Source: Alphaproteobacteria bacterium
GTDB taxonomy: Bacteria > Pseudomonadota > Alphaproteobacteria > Micavibrionales > Micavibrionaceae
Length of the DNA stretch: 64,000 nucleotides
Reading direction: 5' to 3'
NCBI GenBank assembly: GCA_018608245.1
Contig: JABAZY010000016.1
Span: 14,428-78,427 of the forward strand
Shown here: positions 32,381-43,105 of the stretch, piece by piece
Position numbering within the stretch: the first letter of the stretch is position 1
Layout of the letters: each line of letters opens with the position of its first letter
Program-made: the position numbers and the translations under genes
The notes under the pieces: model-generated
What the model saw: only the letters and a program-made list of their open reading frames with translations
Databases searched by the model: none
What the model was told of the DNA's origin: nothing

Positions 32381-32984
32381 CGCACACCACCTTTACAGCT
32401 TCCGCCGTTGTCCCTATGCAATGCGCGTACGGATGGCGTTAAGTTACGCAAACATCAATGTCACCATCCAAGATATAGAACTCAAAAACAAGCCAGCAAA
32501 GATGTTGGAATTATCCCCCAAAGGCTCCGTTCCTGTTTTGGTTTTAAATAATAGCACTATCATTGATGAAAGTTTGGATATCATGCTCTGGGCGTTAAAC
32601 CAAAGCGATCCAGATGGATGGTTAGAGAATTCAGAGCAAAGCTTAAATCTTATTCGTCAAAATGATGGTGACTTTAAGAAGAACCTTGATCGTTATAAAT
32701 ATCCCAACCGCTATCCTGATGAAGATTGTAGCGATGCAAAAAATAACGCTACTGAATTTTTAACAGTGTTAAATAACCACTTAGACAAACATAAATTCTT
32801 AAACGGTGACCAAATTACCCTAGCCGATATTGCCCTATTCCCTTTTGTTAGGCAATGCGCCCATGTTGATAAAGACTGGTTCTATAACCAACCGTGGAAG
32901 CCACTGATATCATGGTTAGACGAGAATTTATCCAGCCCGTTATTTCAAAAAATAATGGATAAAAATTTACAGCAACTGCCCTAA
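32373..32984 (+). CDS. GST/glutaredoxin-2-like protein with CPYA active site
   Basis: 203 aa. YSFRRCPYAMRVRMAL, SVPVL and a C-terminal GST-like helical domain. 8-nt overlap with uppP. Confidence 0.65.
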   Translation: MSNAHHLYSFRRCPYAMRVRMALSYANINVTIQDIELKNKPAKMLELSPKGSVPVLVLNNSTIIDESLDIMLWALNQSDPDGWLENSEQSLNLIRQNDGDFKKNLDRYKYPNRYPDEDCSDAKNNATEFLTVLNNHLDKHKFLNGDQITLADIALFPFVRQCAHVDKDWFYNQPWKPLISWLDENLSSPLFQKIMDKNLQQLP

Positions 32985-33515
32985 TAAAACTTTTGTATCA
33001 CCATAAATTTTTTCATGCGTAATTTCAATAAGTGAAGAAATAACATCTTCGTCCTTAGCCATCTCCATCAAAAAGACAGCGTCTTGCGTCAACCACTTTT
33101 GAGCCTTTAAATTTTTAATTGCTTTTGGAATTAAATCTTGATGATACGGCGGATCAAGAAAGATTAAATCAGCTGGTAAAATATTTTCTGGACGCTCCTG
33201 ACAATTAGTCACATCCTTACAAAATACATCACTACGCTCTTCCAACCCAATCGATTGAATATTCTCTCTCGCTAAATTAAATGATGTTTTATTTTTGTCA
33301 AAAAATATTCCGTGACTTGCCCCTTGTGATAACGCCTCAATCCCCAATGCCGCTGTGCCACAGAAGGCATCAATGACAACAGCATCAACCACCAACCCAC
33401 GTGAATTAAGCATGTTAAATACGGCTTGGCGAACCTTGTCTGACGTTGGTCGGATATCATTATTCTTGGGCGTGTCTAATTTACGTCCACGATATTCTCC
33501 GCCAACCACACGCAT
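32967..33515 (-). CDS. rsmD: 16S rRNA (guanine966-N2)-methyltransferase RsmD
   Basis: 182 aa. RIVGGEYRGRKL-type N-terminus, DAFCGTAALGIEALSQGA SAM motif and DPPY. Confidence 0.85.
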   Translation of the reverse strand: MRVVGGEYRGRKLDTPKNNDIRPTSDKVRQAVFNMLNSRGLVVDAVVIDAFCGTAALGIEALSQGASHGIFFDKNKTSFNLARENIQSIGLEERSDVFCKDVTNCQERPENILPADLIFLDPPYHQDLIPKAIKNLKAQKWLTQDAVFLMEMAKDEDVISSLIEITHEKIYGDTKVLLGQLL

Positions 33516-34273
33516 TATTTTTTGGCCTCTTGTTGCTTATAAAAACCAGACACCTCTTCTTTAAGGCGAACAGTTTTCACTTCCATCACAGACCCTTTTG
33601 GCAAAGTGCCCAAATGGAACGATCCATAAGATACACGAATAAGACGGTTCACTTTTAAATCAATCGCCTCCATCACGTTACGAACCTCTCGGTTTTTACC
33701 TTCTTTAAGCGTAATTTCAATCCAAGCATTGCCCCCTTGTTGCGTTTCTAACTTCGCCTCAATTGAATCATACCGAATACCATCATAGCGAATACCCTCT
33801 TTGAGTTTATCCAGCTTATTTTGTGTCACACGCCCATAAACCCGCGCACGATAGGTGCGTTTCCAACCAGTCGCAGGTAATTCCAAATAACGCGCAAGCT
33901 CACCATCATTGGTTAACAATAGCAATCCTTCAGTATTAATATCCAACCGTCCAACGGTCATAAGACGTGGTAATTCTTTCGGTAATTTATCAAAAACCGT
34001 ATCCCGTCCTTGCTCATCCTTGTTCGTCGTCACTAACCCAGCTGGCTTATGATAGAGAAAAAGCCTTGTTTTCTCTTTCCCTGGCAACTTTCGACCATCA
34101 ACAACAATCTCATCATCATCCGTGACAACGCAGGCAGGGGTCATTAAAATTTCGCCGTTAACCTCAACACGAGCCTCCGCAATCCATTGCTCAGCCTGAC
34201 GTCTAGAACATAGACCCGCACGCGCCATAACCTTCGCGATACGTTCCCCTTTACTTTTTTCTTCAATTGTCAT
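33515..34273 (-). CDS. rluB: Pseudouridine synthase, RsuA/RluB family, with S4 domain
   Basis: 252 aa. S4-like ERIAKVMARAGLCSRRQAE and the catalytic GRLDINTEGLLLLTNDG motif. Confidence 0.8.
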   Translation of the reverse strand: MTIEEKSKGERIAKVMARAGLCSRRQAEQWIAEARVEVNGEILMTPACVVTDDDEIVVDGRKLPGKEKTRLFLYHKPAGLVTTNKDEQGRDTVFDKLPKELPRLMTVGRLDINTEGLLLLTNDGELARYLELPATGWKRTYRARVYGRVTQNKLDKLKEGIRYDGIRYDSIEAKLETQQGGNAWIEITLKEGKNREVRNVMEAIDLKVNRLIRVSYGSFHLGTLPKGSVMEVKTVRLKEEVSGFYKQQEAKK

Positions 34274-34284
34274 TATCTATCCTA

Positions 34285-34749
34285 ATGAGTGTAAAAAATG
34301 ATCATACATACATGGCCCTCGCATTGGAAGAGGCACGTTCAGCGGAAATACGTGACGAAGTACCCATTGGTGCGATTATCGTTGATCCTGCCACTGGCGA
34401 CATTATTGCCCGCGCCAGTAATCGTACAATCGAGCACTCAGACCCCACCGCTCATGCAGAAATACTCGCCATCCGCGAAGCCTGTGCTCAAACCAATTCC
34501 CAACGCATCCCAAATTATGATTTATATGTAACATTAGAGCCCTGCACCATGTGCGCAGGTGCCATCAGTTTTGCAAGAATTAACCGCTTAATCTACGCCG
34601 CCCCCGACCCTAAAGGCGGCGCCATAGATAATGGCGCAAAATTCTTTGACCAGCCAACCTGTCATCATAAAATGGAAATTGTTGCAGGCATCGAGGCTGA
34701 AACAGCCTCCACCATGTTAAAAAATTATTTCAAGAAAAAACGAAGCTAA
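34285..34749 (+). CDS. tadA: tRNA adenosine(34) deaminase
   Basis: CDA-fold zinc motifs HAEILAIREA and PCTMCAGA. The track start at 34267 is a non-ATG codon. Confidence 0.88.
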   Translation: MSVKNDHTYMALALEEARSAEIRDEVPIGAIIVDPATGDIIARASNRTIEHSDPTAHAEILAIREACAQTNSQRIPNYDLYVTLEPCTMCAGAISFARINRLIYAAPDPKGGAIDNGAKFFDQPTCHHKMEIVAGIEAETASTMLKNYFKKKRS

Positions 34750-36044
34750 GCTGCTTTTTCTTTTTGTGCTTTGATTGCACGCCAACCAATATCAGAGCGA
34801 TAAAAACCTTCTGGCCAATCAATTTTAGCAATTGCTTCATAAGCAATAGTTTGCGCCTCTTCTGTCGTTGCGCCACGGCCAACAATATTCAACACACGGC
34901 CACCGCTATTTACTAGTGCGCCACTATTATCGCGCAATGTCCCTGCATGAAATAAGCGGACGTTTTTATCACCGTGCAAAGCATTCGTGTTTTTAATCTC
35001 CATCCCCTTCTCGTAAGAAGCAGGATAGCCTTCTGCTGCCATCACAACACACAAAGTCACATCATCAGAAAATGAAATTTTACCGTCAAAATCTTGCATA
35101 TTGCCTGTGGCAGATGCCATCAACAAATCAACTAGATCATTTTCTAAACGCATCAATAATGGTTGCGTTTCTGGGTCACCAAAGCGGGCGTTATATTCAA
35201 TTAATTTTGGCTCGCCATCTACAATCATTAACCCCGCATAAAGAACTCCAGCAAACGGAATACTGTCTGCTTTCATACCTTCAACTGTTGGACGGATAAT
35301 ACGATCAATAATTTTCTTTTCCAGCTCATCAGTCGCAAAATGTGCAGGGGAATAAGCCCCCATACCGCCTGTGTTTGGCCCTTTGTCACCATCAAACACG
35401 CGCTTATGGTCTTGCGCACTTGTGAGTGGTACAAAATTCTCACCATCTGATAGTGCGAAAAAGCTCATTTCTTCGCCATCCATAAATTCTTCAACCACAA
35501 TTTCTGCCCCTGCATGTCCAAATGAGTCACCAGACAACATTTCTTTAGCAGCATTTTCCGCTTCTGCAATTGTCTCAGCTATAATCACGCCTTTACCTGC
35601 AGCCAAACCATCGGCTTTAATCACAATCGGCGCGCCCAGTTCATAGATAAATTCTTTTGCTTTTTCTAAATCTTTGAAACGACCATATTGTGCTGTCGGG
35701 ATGTCATATTTCTGACAGAGATCTTTCATGAACCCTTTTGAACCTTCCAAAATAGAAGCCTCTTTTGTTGGTCCAAAAACAGGGATACCTAATTCTTGAA
35801 TAGGATTCACAATCCCCGCAACCAATGATGCTTCTGGTCCTACGACGACAAAGTTAATGTCGTTGTCTTTAACGAAACTCACAAGCGCATCAATATCTTC
35901 AACACCAATTTCAACGCATTCTGCAACCTCAGCAATACCTGCATTACCTGGCGCGCAATAAAGATTTTTACATTTTTCTGAACTAGCTAATTTCCACGCC
36001 AACGCATGTTCACGGCCACCAGATCCAATCAGTAAAATATTCAT
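34746..36044 (-). CDS. purD: Phosphoribosylamine-glycine ligase
   Basis: MNILLIGSGGREHALAWKL N-terminus and ATP-grasp core. The track start at 36053 adds 3 codons. Confidence 0.92.
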   Translation of the reverse strand: MNILLIGSGGREHALAWKLASSEKCKNLYCAPGNAGIAEVAECVEIGVEDIDALVSFVKDNDINFVVVGPEASLVAGIVNPIQELGIPVFGPTKEASILEGSKGFMKDLCQKYDIPTAQYGRFKDLEKAKEFIYELGAPIVIKADGLAAGKGVIIAETIAEAENAAKEMLSGDSFGHAGAEIVVEEFMDGEEMSFFALSDGENFVPLTSAQDHKRVFDGDKGPNTGGMGAYSPAHFATDELEKKIIDRIIRPTVEGMKADSIPFAGVLYAGLMIVDGEPKLIEYNARFGDPETQPLLMRLENDLVDLLMASATGNMQDFDGKISFSDDVTLCVVMAAEGYPASYEKGMEIKNTNALHGDKNVRLFHAGTLRDNSGALVNSGGRVLNIVGRGATTEEAQTIAYEAIAKIDWPEGFYRSDIGWRAIKAQKEKAA

Positions 36045-36072
36045 CTCTATCATCTCCTAATTTATTTACGTG

Positions 36073-39000
36073 CTATTCATCTAACATAACCAGAGAGGCA
36101 TTTCCACCCGCAGCGGTCGTATTTATGCTAATTACGCGCTCGCGCGCAAATGCTTGCAGATAATTAAGCCCTCCAGCTTTTGGCCCAGTTCCCGACAAAC
36201 CACAGCCACCAAAGGGTTGCGTGCCCACGACCGCGCCAATTGTGCCTCTATTCACATAGATATTACCAACCTTAATACGCTCTGTCACATACTTCACAAA
36301 GCTGTTTACGCGGCTATGCAACCCAAATGTAAGGCCATAGCCCGTTTCATTGATATCACGTATCACCGCATCAATCTCATCAGATTTGTAACGAATAACA
36401 TGCACAATAGGGCCAAATATTTCTCGATCCAGCATGGATAAATCATCAATCTCATACGCCATTGGTGCGAAGTAATGACCTATACTTTTTAAATTTTCTC
36501 TTAGGGGGGTTTCAGCAATTTTCTTGGACGTTCCCTGCAAACGGCTTTTATGCTTTTGTAACATCGTTAAAGCTTGTTCATCAATCACAGGACCAATATC
36601 CGTTGCTAATTCACTAGTTGCACCCAACTTTAGTTCCTGCATTGCGCCTTGTAACATGAAGATAGCTTTATCAGTAATATCTTCCTGTAAATATAAAACG
36701 CGACAGGCTGAGCACCTCTGCCCTGCAGAACCAAATGCGCTTAAAACAACATCATCAATTACTTGTTCCATTAATGCAGATGAATCAACAATCATTGCGT
36801 TCTGCCCGCCTGTTTCAGCGATAAACGGAATGATAGGCCCTTGTTTATTCGCTAAACTTTTACGAATAATATGTGCTACTTCGGTTGACCCAGTAAAGGC
36901 TACGCCGCCAACATCAGGGTGCTCAACTAACGCCTGCCCGACACGCCCATCACCCGTTAAAATTTGTAATACCTCTGGTGGCACACCGGCCTGATGAATT
37001 AATTTTGCAACAAAACACGCAAGCAATGATGTCTGCTCAGCAGGTTTTGCAACAACCGAATTCCCCGCCATTAACGCGGCAACCATCTGCCCCACATAAA
37101 TGGCCAGTGGAAAATTCCAAGGACTGATACAAACAAAAATACCACGTCCCTCATACGCATAAACATTACGTTCCCCCGTAGGACCTGGAAGTTTTATACC
37201 TGCCTCATCAAATTGCACGCGTCCATTCATGGCGTAATAACGGCAGAAATCAACGGCCTCACGCACTTCATCAAGCCCGTCTTTAATGGTCTTTCCACCC
37301 TCACGACAGCATAAGCTAATTAACTCAAGCGTGTTTTCCTCTAACGCATCAGCAAACTTCTCCAACGAATGTGCACGCGCATCTGCGGACGTATTTGACC
37401 AAATTTGAAAGCCCGACTTAGCATTCTCCATCACTTTTTCAACATCATTTTTATGCGCATAAGCAACATAACCAACAATATCTAACTTACTCGCAGGACT
37501 TTGTTTTTTCTCACGCGTATTTTCTGATGCTTTATGATTAGCAATTAAAGGATTGGCTTTATATTGCTTATTACTAAATTCTGTTTTAATTCTATTTTCT
37601 AGCGCGTCAAAAACAATAGGATCATTTAAATCAATCCCTAATGAATTCTGACGACGTTCGCCATATAGATTTTTAGGCAATGGAATTTTGGGATGAGATT
37701 TCTGATTATTATTCCGTACTTTTTCAACAACATCAAACGCCATATCCTCCGGGCTATAATCTTTATCATAAAGCTGATTTACAAAAGATGAATTTGCACC
37801 ATTTTCTAACATCCTGCGTACCAAGTAAGGTAATAATTCTTCATATGACCCAACTGGCGCATAAACGCACACATTAACGCTCTCCACCTTAATCAATGCT
37901 TCATATAACGCATCACCCATGCCAAATAATTTTTGAAATTCAAACCCACTTTTATCACTCCCCGCCATGTTCATAATAGCCGCCACACTATAGGCATTAT
38001 GGGTGCCAAACATTGGGTAAATCACATCACGATGCGCCAATAATTTCTGCGCACAGGCTAAATATGACACATCCGTATTAGATTTCCGCGTATAGACAGG
38101 ATAGCTGTCCAAGCCATCAATTTGCGCCTGTTTAATTTCTGTATCCCAATACGCACCCTTCACAAGACGGACATGCAAATGCTTATCGTATGTTTGCGCC
38201 AACTCAATTGCGTAATCAATAATTGATAAAACCGATTTCTGATAAGCTTGCACCGCCAAACCAAAACCATTCCATTTCCTAAGAGAAGGTTGCTCAATTA
38301 TAAACTTAATAAGCTCTAATGATGGATCAAGACGCGCTACCTCTTCCGCATCTATCGTAATTTTTAAATCATGCTCCGCCGCAAACTGACACAACTTCAA
38401 TAATTTATTCTGCATATCAGGCAAACAAAATTCTTTTTGTGCAAATTCATAACGCGGATGAAGTGCTGATAATTTCACTGAAATTCCAGGCTTTTTCTCT
38501 TCAGCATAATCAGCCACTTTAATACGGTCTGCCACATCTTGTAGAGCGCCCATATAGGTATCAAAATAATGCTGAGCATCACTCATCGTACGCGCACCCT
38601 CGCCCAACATGTCATAGGAAAAACGAAACCCTTTTTCTTCCCACTTAACTGCATTCTTCATCGCGCCCGTTAGAGTTTCACCAACCACAAATTGCTTACC
38701 CATGACCTTCATCGCCTTGGTCATCGCTTCACGAATAATAGGCTCTCCAATTTTGGAGAATAAGCTATTCATCGTCCCGCTAGAAAGCTTAAGCCCTAAA
38801 CCCGCAACCTTCGTCATCCAGTCTTTCTCAACATTGGATGAATTTTTAAGCCAGTTTGTACCTTTAATTTTATCCCGAATAAGCGCATTGGCCGTTTTAT
38901 CATCTGGAATACGTAACAACGCTTCCGCCAATGCCATCAGCGCCAAACCTTCCTCTGTATTCAAGCTATATTGCTCAAAAAATGATTCTAAACTACCTGC

Positions 39001-39162
39001 CTTACGGCGTGTTTTTCTAATTTTATTAATTAACGCAACTGTATCACCATGCGTTTTCTCGGATAAGGCCTCATCCCATTCTATAAAACCGAGCAAATCT
39101 TCTACCGCTTGGGCTTCACTTTTATGTTGATCTTGGGAAATAGGGGCAAAATAAGAAGTCAT
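36073..39162 (-). CDS. putA: Bifunctional proline dehydrogenase / 1-pyrroline-5-carboxylate dehydrogenase
   Basis: 1029 aa. N-terminal PRODH TIM-barrel region and a C-terminal ALDH domain with FTGSTEVA, ETGGQNAMIVD and the catalytic Cys in GQRCSA. Confidence 0.92.
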   Translation of the reverse strand: MTSYFAPISQDQHKSEAQAVEDLLGFIEWDEALSEKTHGDTVALINKIRKTRRKAGSLESFFEQYSLNTEEGLALMALAEALLRIPDDKTANALIRDKIKGTNWLKNSSNVEKDWMTKVAGLGLKLSSGTMNSLFSKIGEPIIREAMTKAMKVMGKQFVVGETLTGAMKNAVKWEEKGFRFSYDMLGEGARTMSDAQHYFDTYMGALQDVADRIKVADYAEEKKPGISVKLSALHPRYEFAQKEFCLPDMQNKLLKLCQFAAEHDLKITIDAEEVARLDPSLELIKFIIEQPSLRKWNGFGLAVQAYQKSVLSIIDYAIELAQTYDKHLHVRLVKGAYWDTEIKQAQIDGLDSYPVYTRKSNTDVSYLACAQKLLAHRDVIYPMFGTHNAYSVAAIMNMAGSDKSGFEFQKLFGMGDALYEALIKVESVNVCVYAPVGSYEELLPYLVRRMLENGANSSFVNQLYDKDYSPEDMAFDVVEKVRNNNQKSHPKIPLPKNLYGERRQNSLGIDLNDPIVFDALENRIKTEFSNKQYKANPLIANHKASENTREKKQSPASKLDIVGYVAYAHKNDVEKVMENAKSGFQIWSNTSADARAHSLEKFADALEENTLELISLCCREGGKTIKDGLDEVREAVDFCRYYAMNGRVQFDEAGIKLPGPTGERNVYAYEGRGIFVCISPWNFPLAIYVGQMVAALMAGNSVVAKPAEQTSLLACFVAKLIHQAGVPPEVLQILTGDGRVGQALVEHPDVGGVAFTGSTEVAHIIRKSLANKQGPIIPFIAETGGQNAMIVDSSALMEQVIDDVVLSAFGSAGQRCSACRVLYLQEDITDKAIFMLQGAMQELKLGATSELATDIGPVIDEQALTMLQKHKSRLQGTSKKIAETPLRENLKSIGHYFAPMAYEIDDLSMLDREIFGPIVHVIRYKSDEIDAVIRDINETGYGLTFGLHSRVNSFVKYVTERIKVGNIYVNRGTIGAVVGTQPFGGCGLSGTGPKAGGLNYLQAFARERVISINTTAAGGNASLVMLDE

Positions 39163-39224
39163 ATTTTTGTCAATTTATTGATTGAAGGATTGTGATTTTC
39201 ACGACAAAACTATACCATATTTTC

Positions 39225-40643
39225 ATGACCTCAGAAGACTTATTCAGCGTTGCCAAAAAGTCAGTTTCACCTCCTGCCCGCACACAAGAAATGCCCGCAG
39301 AGAAGAAGCCACTATCAAACGTGCCTGAAATGAGCGTCTCTGACCTTGCTCAATCTCTAAAACGCACATTAGAGGACACATTTGGTCGAATCCGCGTGCG
39401 TGGTGAGTTAACGGGGCTGAAGCTAGCTGGCTCTGGTCATCTATATGGTGATATTAAGGACGTTGATGCCAACATCAATATCATCTGCTGGCGTGGCACT
39501 ATGTCAAAACTATCCATCAAACCCGAAGAAGGCATGGATGTTATCGTCACAGGTCGCGTATCCAGCTACCCCAAAAGCTCCCGCTACCAAATTATCATCG
39601 AATCAATGGAATTGGCTGGCGAAGGCGCACTCCTCAAAATGCTGGAAGAACGCCGTAAAAAGCTAGCGGCTGAAGGCCTATTCGACGAAAGCAAAAAACA
39701 ACCAATACCCTTCCTACCGACTGTCATTGGCGTAGTCACCTCCCCAACAGGCGCCGTTATCCGTGATATTATGCATCGTCTAAAGGATCGCTTCCCCCGT
39801 CACGTACTTGTGTGGCCCGTTAGCGTACAAGGCGAAAAAGCCGCAGATCAAATAACAGAAGCCATAAACGGCTTTAATTCACTAGATCCTAATGGCACTG
39901 TCCCAAAACCTGACTTGCTGATCGTTGCACGCGGTGGTGGATCGTTGGAAGATTTGATGGCCTTTAACGAAGAAAACGTTGTTCGTGCCGTCGCAAACTC
40001 CACTATTCCCGTTATTTCCGCCGTTGGTCATGAAACAGATACGACCCTCATTGATTATGTTGCTGATCTTCGCGCGCCTACGCCCACTGGTGCAGCCGAA
40101 AAAGCTGTGCCTATGCGCATTAACTTAATGGCACAAATTGCCGAAAATCAGGAGCGCCTAATCAATGCCTCAAAACGTCTAATCGCAAATCAGCGCAATA
40201 TTTTAGAGGCACGCGCATCAAAATTAAGCGATCCAAAGCAATTATTGGAGACCAAATCCCAACGCTTAGATCATTTAGGTGAAAAGCTCAATCACGCTTT
40301 GACGAACGGCATTCACAAGCGCCAAAAAGCTTTAAGCGACACATCTTCCAAAATCATCAATCCGCAACACATGATCACCCAAAAATCCCAGTCGCTGACC
40401 TATCTAGCAGAGCGTTTTGAGCGGGGCTTTTTACAGACCAGACAAAACCACCTAAACAGGCTACAATCCGCTCAACGCTTGCTAGAGAGCTATTCATACG
40501 AACGTACACTCGACCGCGGTTTTAGCGTTATTTACGACCAAAACAACAATATCGTCACGGGGGCCGAAAAACTACAAAATGACCAAGAAATCACCATCGA
40601 ATTCGCTAAGAACGATAAATTAACCGCAAAAGTTAAAAAATAA
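39225..40643 (+). CDS. xseA: Exodeoxyribonuclease VII large subunit
   Basis: OB-fold [40 protein letters not shown] and a coiled-coil C-terminus. The track start at 39192 (GTG) would leave only 29 nt to the divergent putA. Confidence 0.88.
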   Translation: MTSEDLFSVAKKSVSPPARTQEMPAEKKPLSNVPEMSVSDLAQSLKRTLEDTFGRIRVRGELTGLKLAGSGHLYGDIKDVDANINIICWRGTMSKLSIKPEEGMDVIVTGRVSSYPKSSRYQIIIESMELAGEGALLKMLEERRKKLAAEGLFDESKKQPIPFLPTVIGVVTSPTGAVIRDIMHRLKDRFPRHVLVWPVSVQGEKAADQITEAINGFNSLDPNGTVPKPDLLIVARGGGSLEDLMAFNEENVVRAVANSTIPVISAVGHETDTTLIDYVADLRAPTPTGAAEKAVPMRINLMAQIAENQERLINASKRLIANQRNILEARASKLSDPKQLLETKSQRLDHLGEKLNHALTNGIHKRQKALSDTSSKIINPQHMITQKSQSLTYLAERFERGFLQTRQNHLNRLQSAQRLLESYSYERTLDRGFSVIYDQNNNIVTGAEKLQNDQEITIEFAKNDKLTAKVKK

Positions 40644-40729
40644 GTAGTATTTTTAGGAAAAATAGCCTAAAACACCAGTAAATCACTCACAAAATAGGTA
40701 AAGAAGCCAATTTAGGCTATAATAGAGAT

Positions 40730-41236
40730 ATGGGCATAGAATTAAAAGAATTGTTAGAGAATCTTTCGGTGGAACACATAATGACACCGTATGAAACTTG
40801 TCCGTGGACAGCCTACGAAGAAGAAAAAGAAATCACCTGTAGCGCGGAAGTTCGCATGGATGCCGATGGGCAAGAATTAGAAGCCGAAATAGATATCGTA
40901 CGCGAACAAGCTGAAGGGGACGAGAAACCCTTTGAGCAATTATTTGCGATAAAATTCAAACCGTCCCTATCGGGTAAATGGGAGCCCAAAATGCTCAAGA
41001 TCAAGGGTAAAGATTGGGAAGATTTATTCTACGATTGGGATAAAAAAGCTTGTGAACTTTTCAGTGCCTGTGTTCAAGAAGTTAAAATGGAAAAAACCCC
41101 TGACTTTGATGCCTTATTAGCCAAGATCATGAAAGAAAGCGCAAAGTTTTCTGGCGTAAAAGGTGGTTCTGGTGGTAAAGCACATAAAGTTCAGAATAAA
41201 CCCCAAGCAAAAATGAACATGAAAAGTGGCATGTAA
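40730..41236 (+). CDS. Hypothetical protein: acidic N-terminal half, Gly/Lys-rich basic tail
   Basis: 168-aa ORF with no family recognised, no signal peptide and no TM helix. A TATAAT-like box lies about 10 nt upstream of the ATG. Confidence 0.5.
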   Translation: MGIELKELLENLSVEHIMTPYETCPWTAYEEEKEITCSAEVRMDADGQELEAEIDIVREQAEGDEKPFEQLFAIKFKPSLSGKWEPKMLKIKGKDWEDLFYDWDKKACELFSACVQEVKMEKTPDFDALLAKIMKESAKFSGVKGGSGGKAHKVQNKPQAKMNMKSGM

Positions 41237-41246
41237 TATACCAGAC

Positions 41247-43094
41247 TTAGGCGACGCCCTCTTTCATCTCTAAAATTTCCAACCATCTTGTTTCATAACG
41301 CTCGAGGCGCGCTTGCTCCTCGCTAAGTTTTTGTGTGATTTCATGAAAACCGCCTGGATCACGCTGATAAAACTCTGAATCGTTTAACTGCTCATTACAA
41401 GTATCAATAGAAGATTCTACTTTTTTGATTTTATCAGGAAGCTTTTTAAACTCATGTTCTAATTTATAAGTTAGCTTCTGCGCAGGTTTTGGCTCAGTTT
41501 TATTTTCTTGAATATTTTTACTTGTCGTTTTTTTCTTAGACTCAGACTTTTCTTTCGGCGCACTACCTCTAGTCGCAGCCAAATAATCACTATAACCACC
41601 AATATGCGTTTCAACTTTACCATTGCCTTCAAACGCCAAAATTTTTGCGACTGTCTGATCTAAAAAATCACGGTCATGTGAAACCACAATTAACGTACCT
41701 TGATACTTAGATAAAATATCCTCCAGCATATCAAGCGTATCCATATCCAAATCATTCGTTGGTTCATCTAAAATCAAGCAAGTTTTAGGGTTGGCTAATA
41801 TTTTTGCCAGCATTAAACGGTTCTTCTGTCCGCCAGACAGCATCGAAACCAAATCCTGCGCTCGACTAGGATCAAATAGAAAGTCTTTCAAATACCCACA
41901 AACATGGCGTTCCTTACCCAATACGTCAATATAATCGCCCCCAGAGGGTGACAGATTCTTACGCAAACTTTCATCTAATTTTAAGTCACTGCGGTTTTGA
42001 TCGAAGTAGGAAAATTCTAATTCCTTACGGCGTTTCACCCGCCCCTGATCTGGCTCTAGCTCACCCATCAGTAGTTTTAAAAACGTAGATTTACCTGATC
42101 CGTTTTTACCCAAAATACCAATACGTTCACCGCGTTGAATACGAATAGAAAATTTATCTAGCAGCGTTAGTGTTGTGCCATCAGTACGCTCAAACGATTT
42201 ACTCACATTATAAAATTCAGTCACAATTTTTGAACTATGCTCAATAGAATCTGCTGAATTTACTTTTATTTTAGAGACCGTACGGTTATATGCACTTTGA
42301 TCTGCCTTTAACTTATCACGCATAATTTTCATTTGTTCAAGGCGGCGCATATTACGCTTACGACGCGCTTTCACGCCACGACTTGCCCATTCAACTTCTT
42401 GCATCACGGTTTGCTTACGATTTTTTAACTCACGCTCTTCTTGCGCCAATAACTCTTCAGACCATTCATCAAATTTACCAAACCCACTGGGGCTAACACG
42501 CAAGCCTCCACGGTCTAGCCAAAATACTTGATTAGAGATATTAGCGAGAAAGGTTCTATCATGGCTGATACATAACAATGTCCCACGGTAACCTTTTAAA
42601 TACGTTTCCAACCATTCAATAACTTCCAAATCTAAATGGTTTGTTGGCTCATCTAGCAATAAAATATCTGGCTCTTCCACAAGCGCCCGCGCCAATCCTG
42701 CACGGCGTAATTGCCCACCTGACAGCGTCGTCATCAATGCGTTAGGGTCAATCTGTAACGCTTCTGTGACAATATCAACCTTATAAGCATAAAGCTCTTT
42801 TTCATCTTCTTTTATTTCACTGAAAATATAATCAAAAACTTTTTCACCTTCAACAGCAATGATATCTTGTTGCAAATAACCAATCGAAACGCCAACCTCT
42901 TCCCAACGTTCGCCCTCATCCAACTCACGAGCGCCCGTGATTAAATTCATTAACGTGGATTTACCTGCCCCATTACGCCCCACAAGCGCAATCCGACTAC
43001 CCTCATGTATGTTAAAAGACATGTTTTCAAACACAAGCGTATTACCGTAGCGAACACTGGCATCTTTAACACTGAGGAGGAGTGGTGCGGGCAT
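41247..43094 (-). CDS. ABC-F family ATPase (Uup-like; no membrane domain)
   Basis: 615 aa. Two Walker A motifs (GRNGAGKST, GKNGSGKST), two signatures (LSGGQLRR, LSGGQKNR), an inter-domain linker and a Lys-rich coiled-coil C-terminus. Confidence 0.88.
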   Translation of the reverse strand: MPAPLLLSVKDASVRYGNTLVFENMSFNIHEGSRIALVGRNGAGKSTLMNLITGARELDEGERWEEVGVSIGYLQQDIIAVEGEKVFDYIFSEIKEDEKELYAYKVDIVTEALQIDPNALMTTLSGGQLRRAGLARALVEEPDILLLDEPTNHLDLEVIEWLETYLKGYRGTLLCISHDRTFLANISNQVFWLDRGGLRVSPSGFGKFDEWSEELLAQEERELKNRKQTVMQEVEWASRGVKARRKRNMRRLEQMKIMRDKLKADQSAYNRTVSKIKVNSADSIEHSSKIVTEFYNVSKSFERTDGTTLTLLDKFSIRIQRGERIGILGKNGSGKSTFLKLLMGELEPDQGRVKRRKELEFSYFDQNRSDLKLDESLRKNLSPSGGDYIDVLGKERHVCGYLKDFLFDPSRAQDLVSMLSGGQKNRLMLAKILANPKTCLILDEPTNDLDMDTLDMLEDILSKYQGTLIVVSHDRDFLDQTVAKILAFEGNGKVETHIGGYSDYLAATRGSAPKEKSESKKKTTSKNIQENKTEPKPAQKLTYKLEHEFKKLPDKIKKVESSIDTCNEQLNDSEFYQRDPGGFHEITQKLSEEQARLERYETRWLEILEMKEGVA

Positions 43095-43105
43095 TTTATA
43101 TACTC

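Noticed and set aside
36524-36994. 156-aa ORF on the plus strand, plus 38702-39130 (142 aa), 36154-36441 and 37680-37877, all inside putA.
   Set aside because: All run antisense to the 1029-aa putA ORF, which has clear PRODH/ALDH motifs. Their translations are Ser/Pro/Cys/Ile-rich, as is typical of antisense frames.
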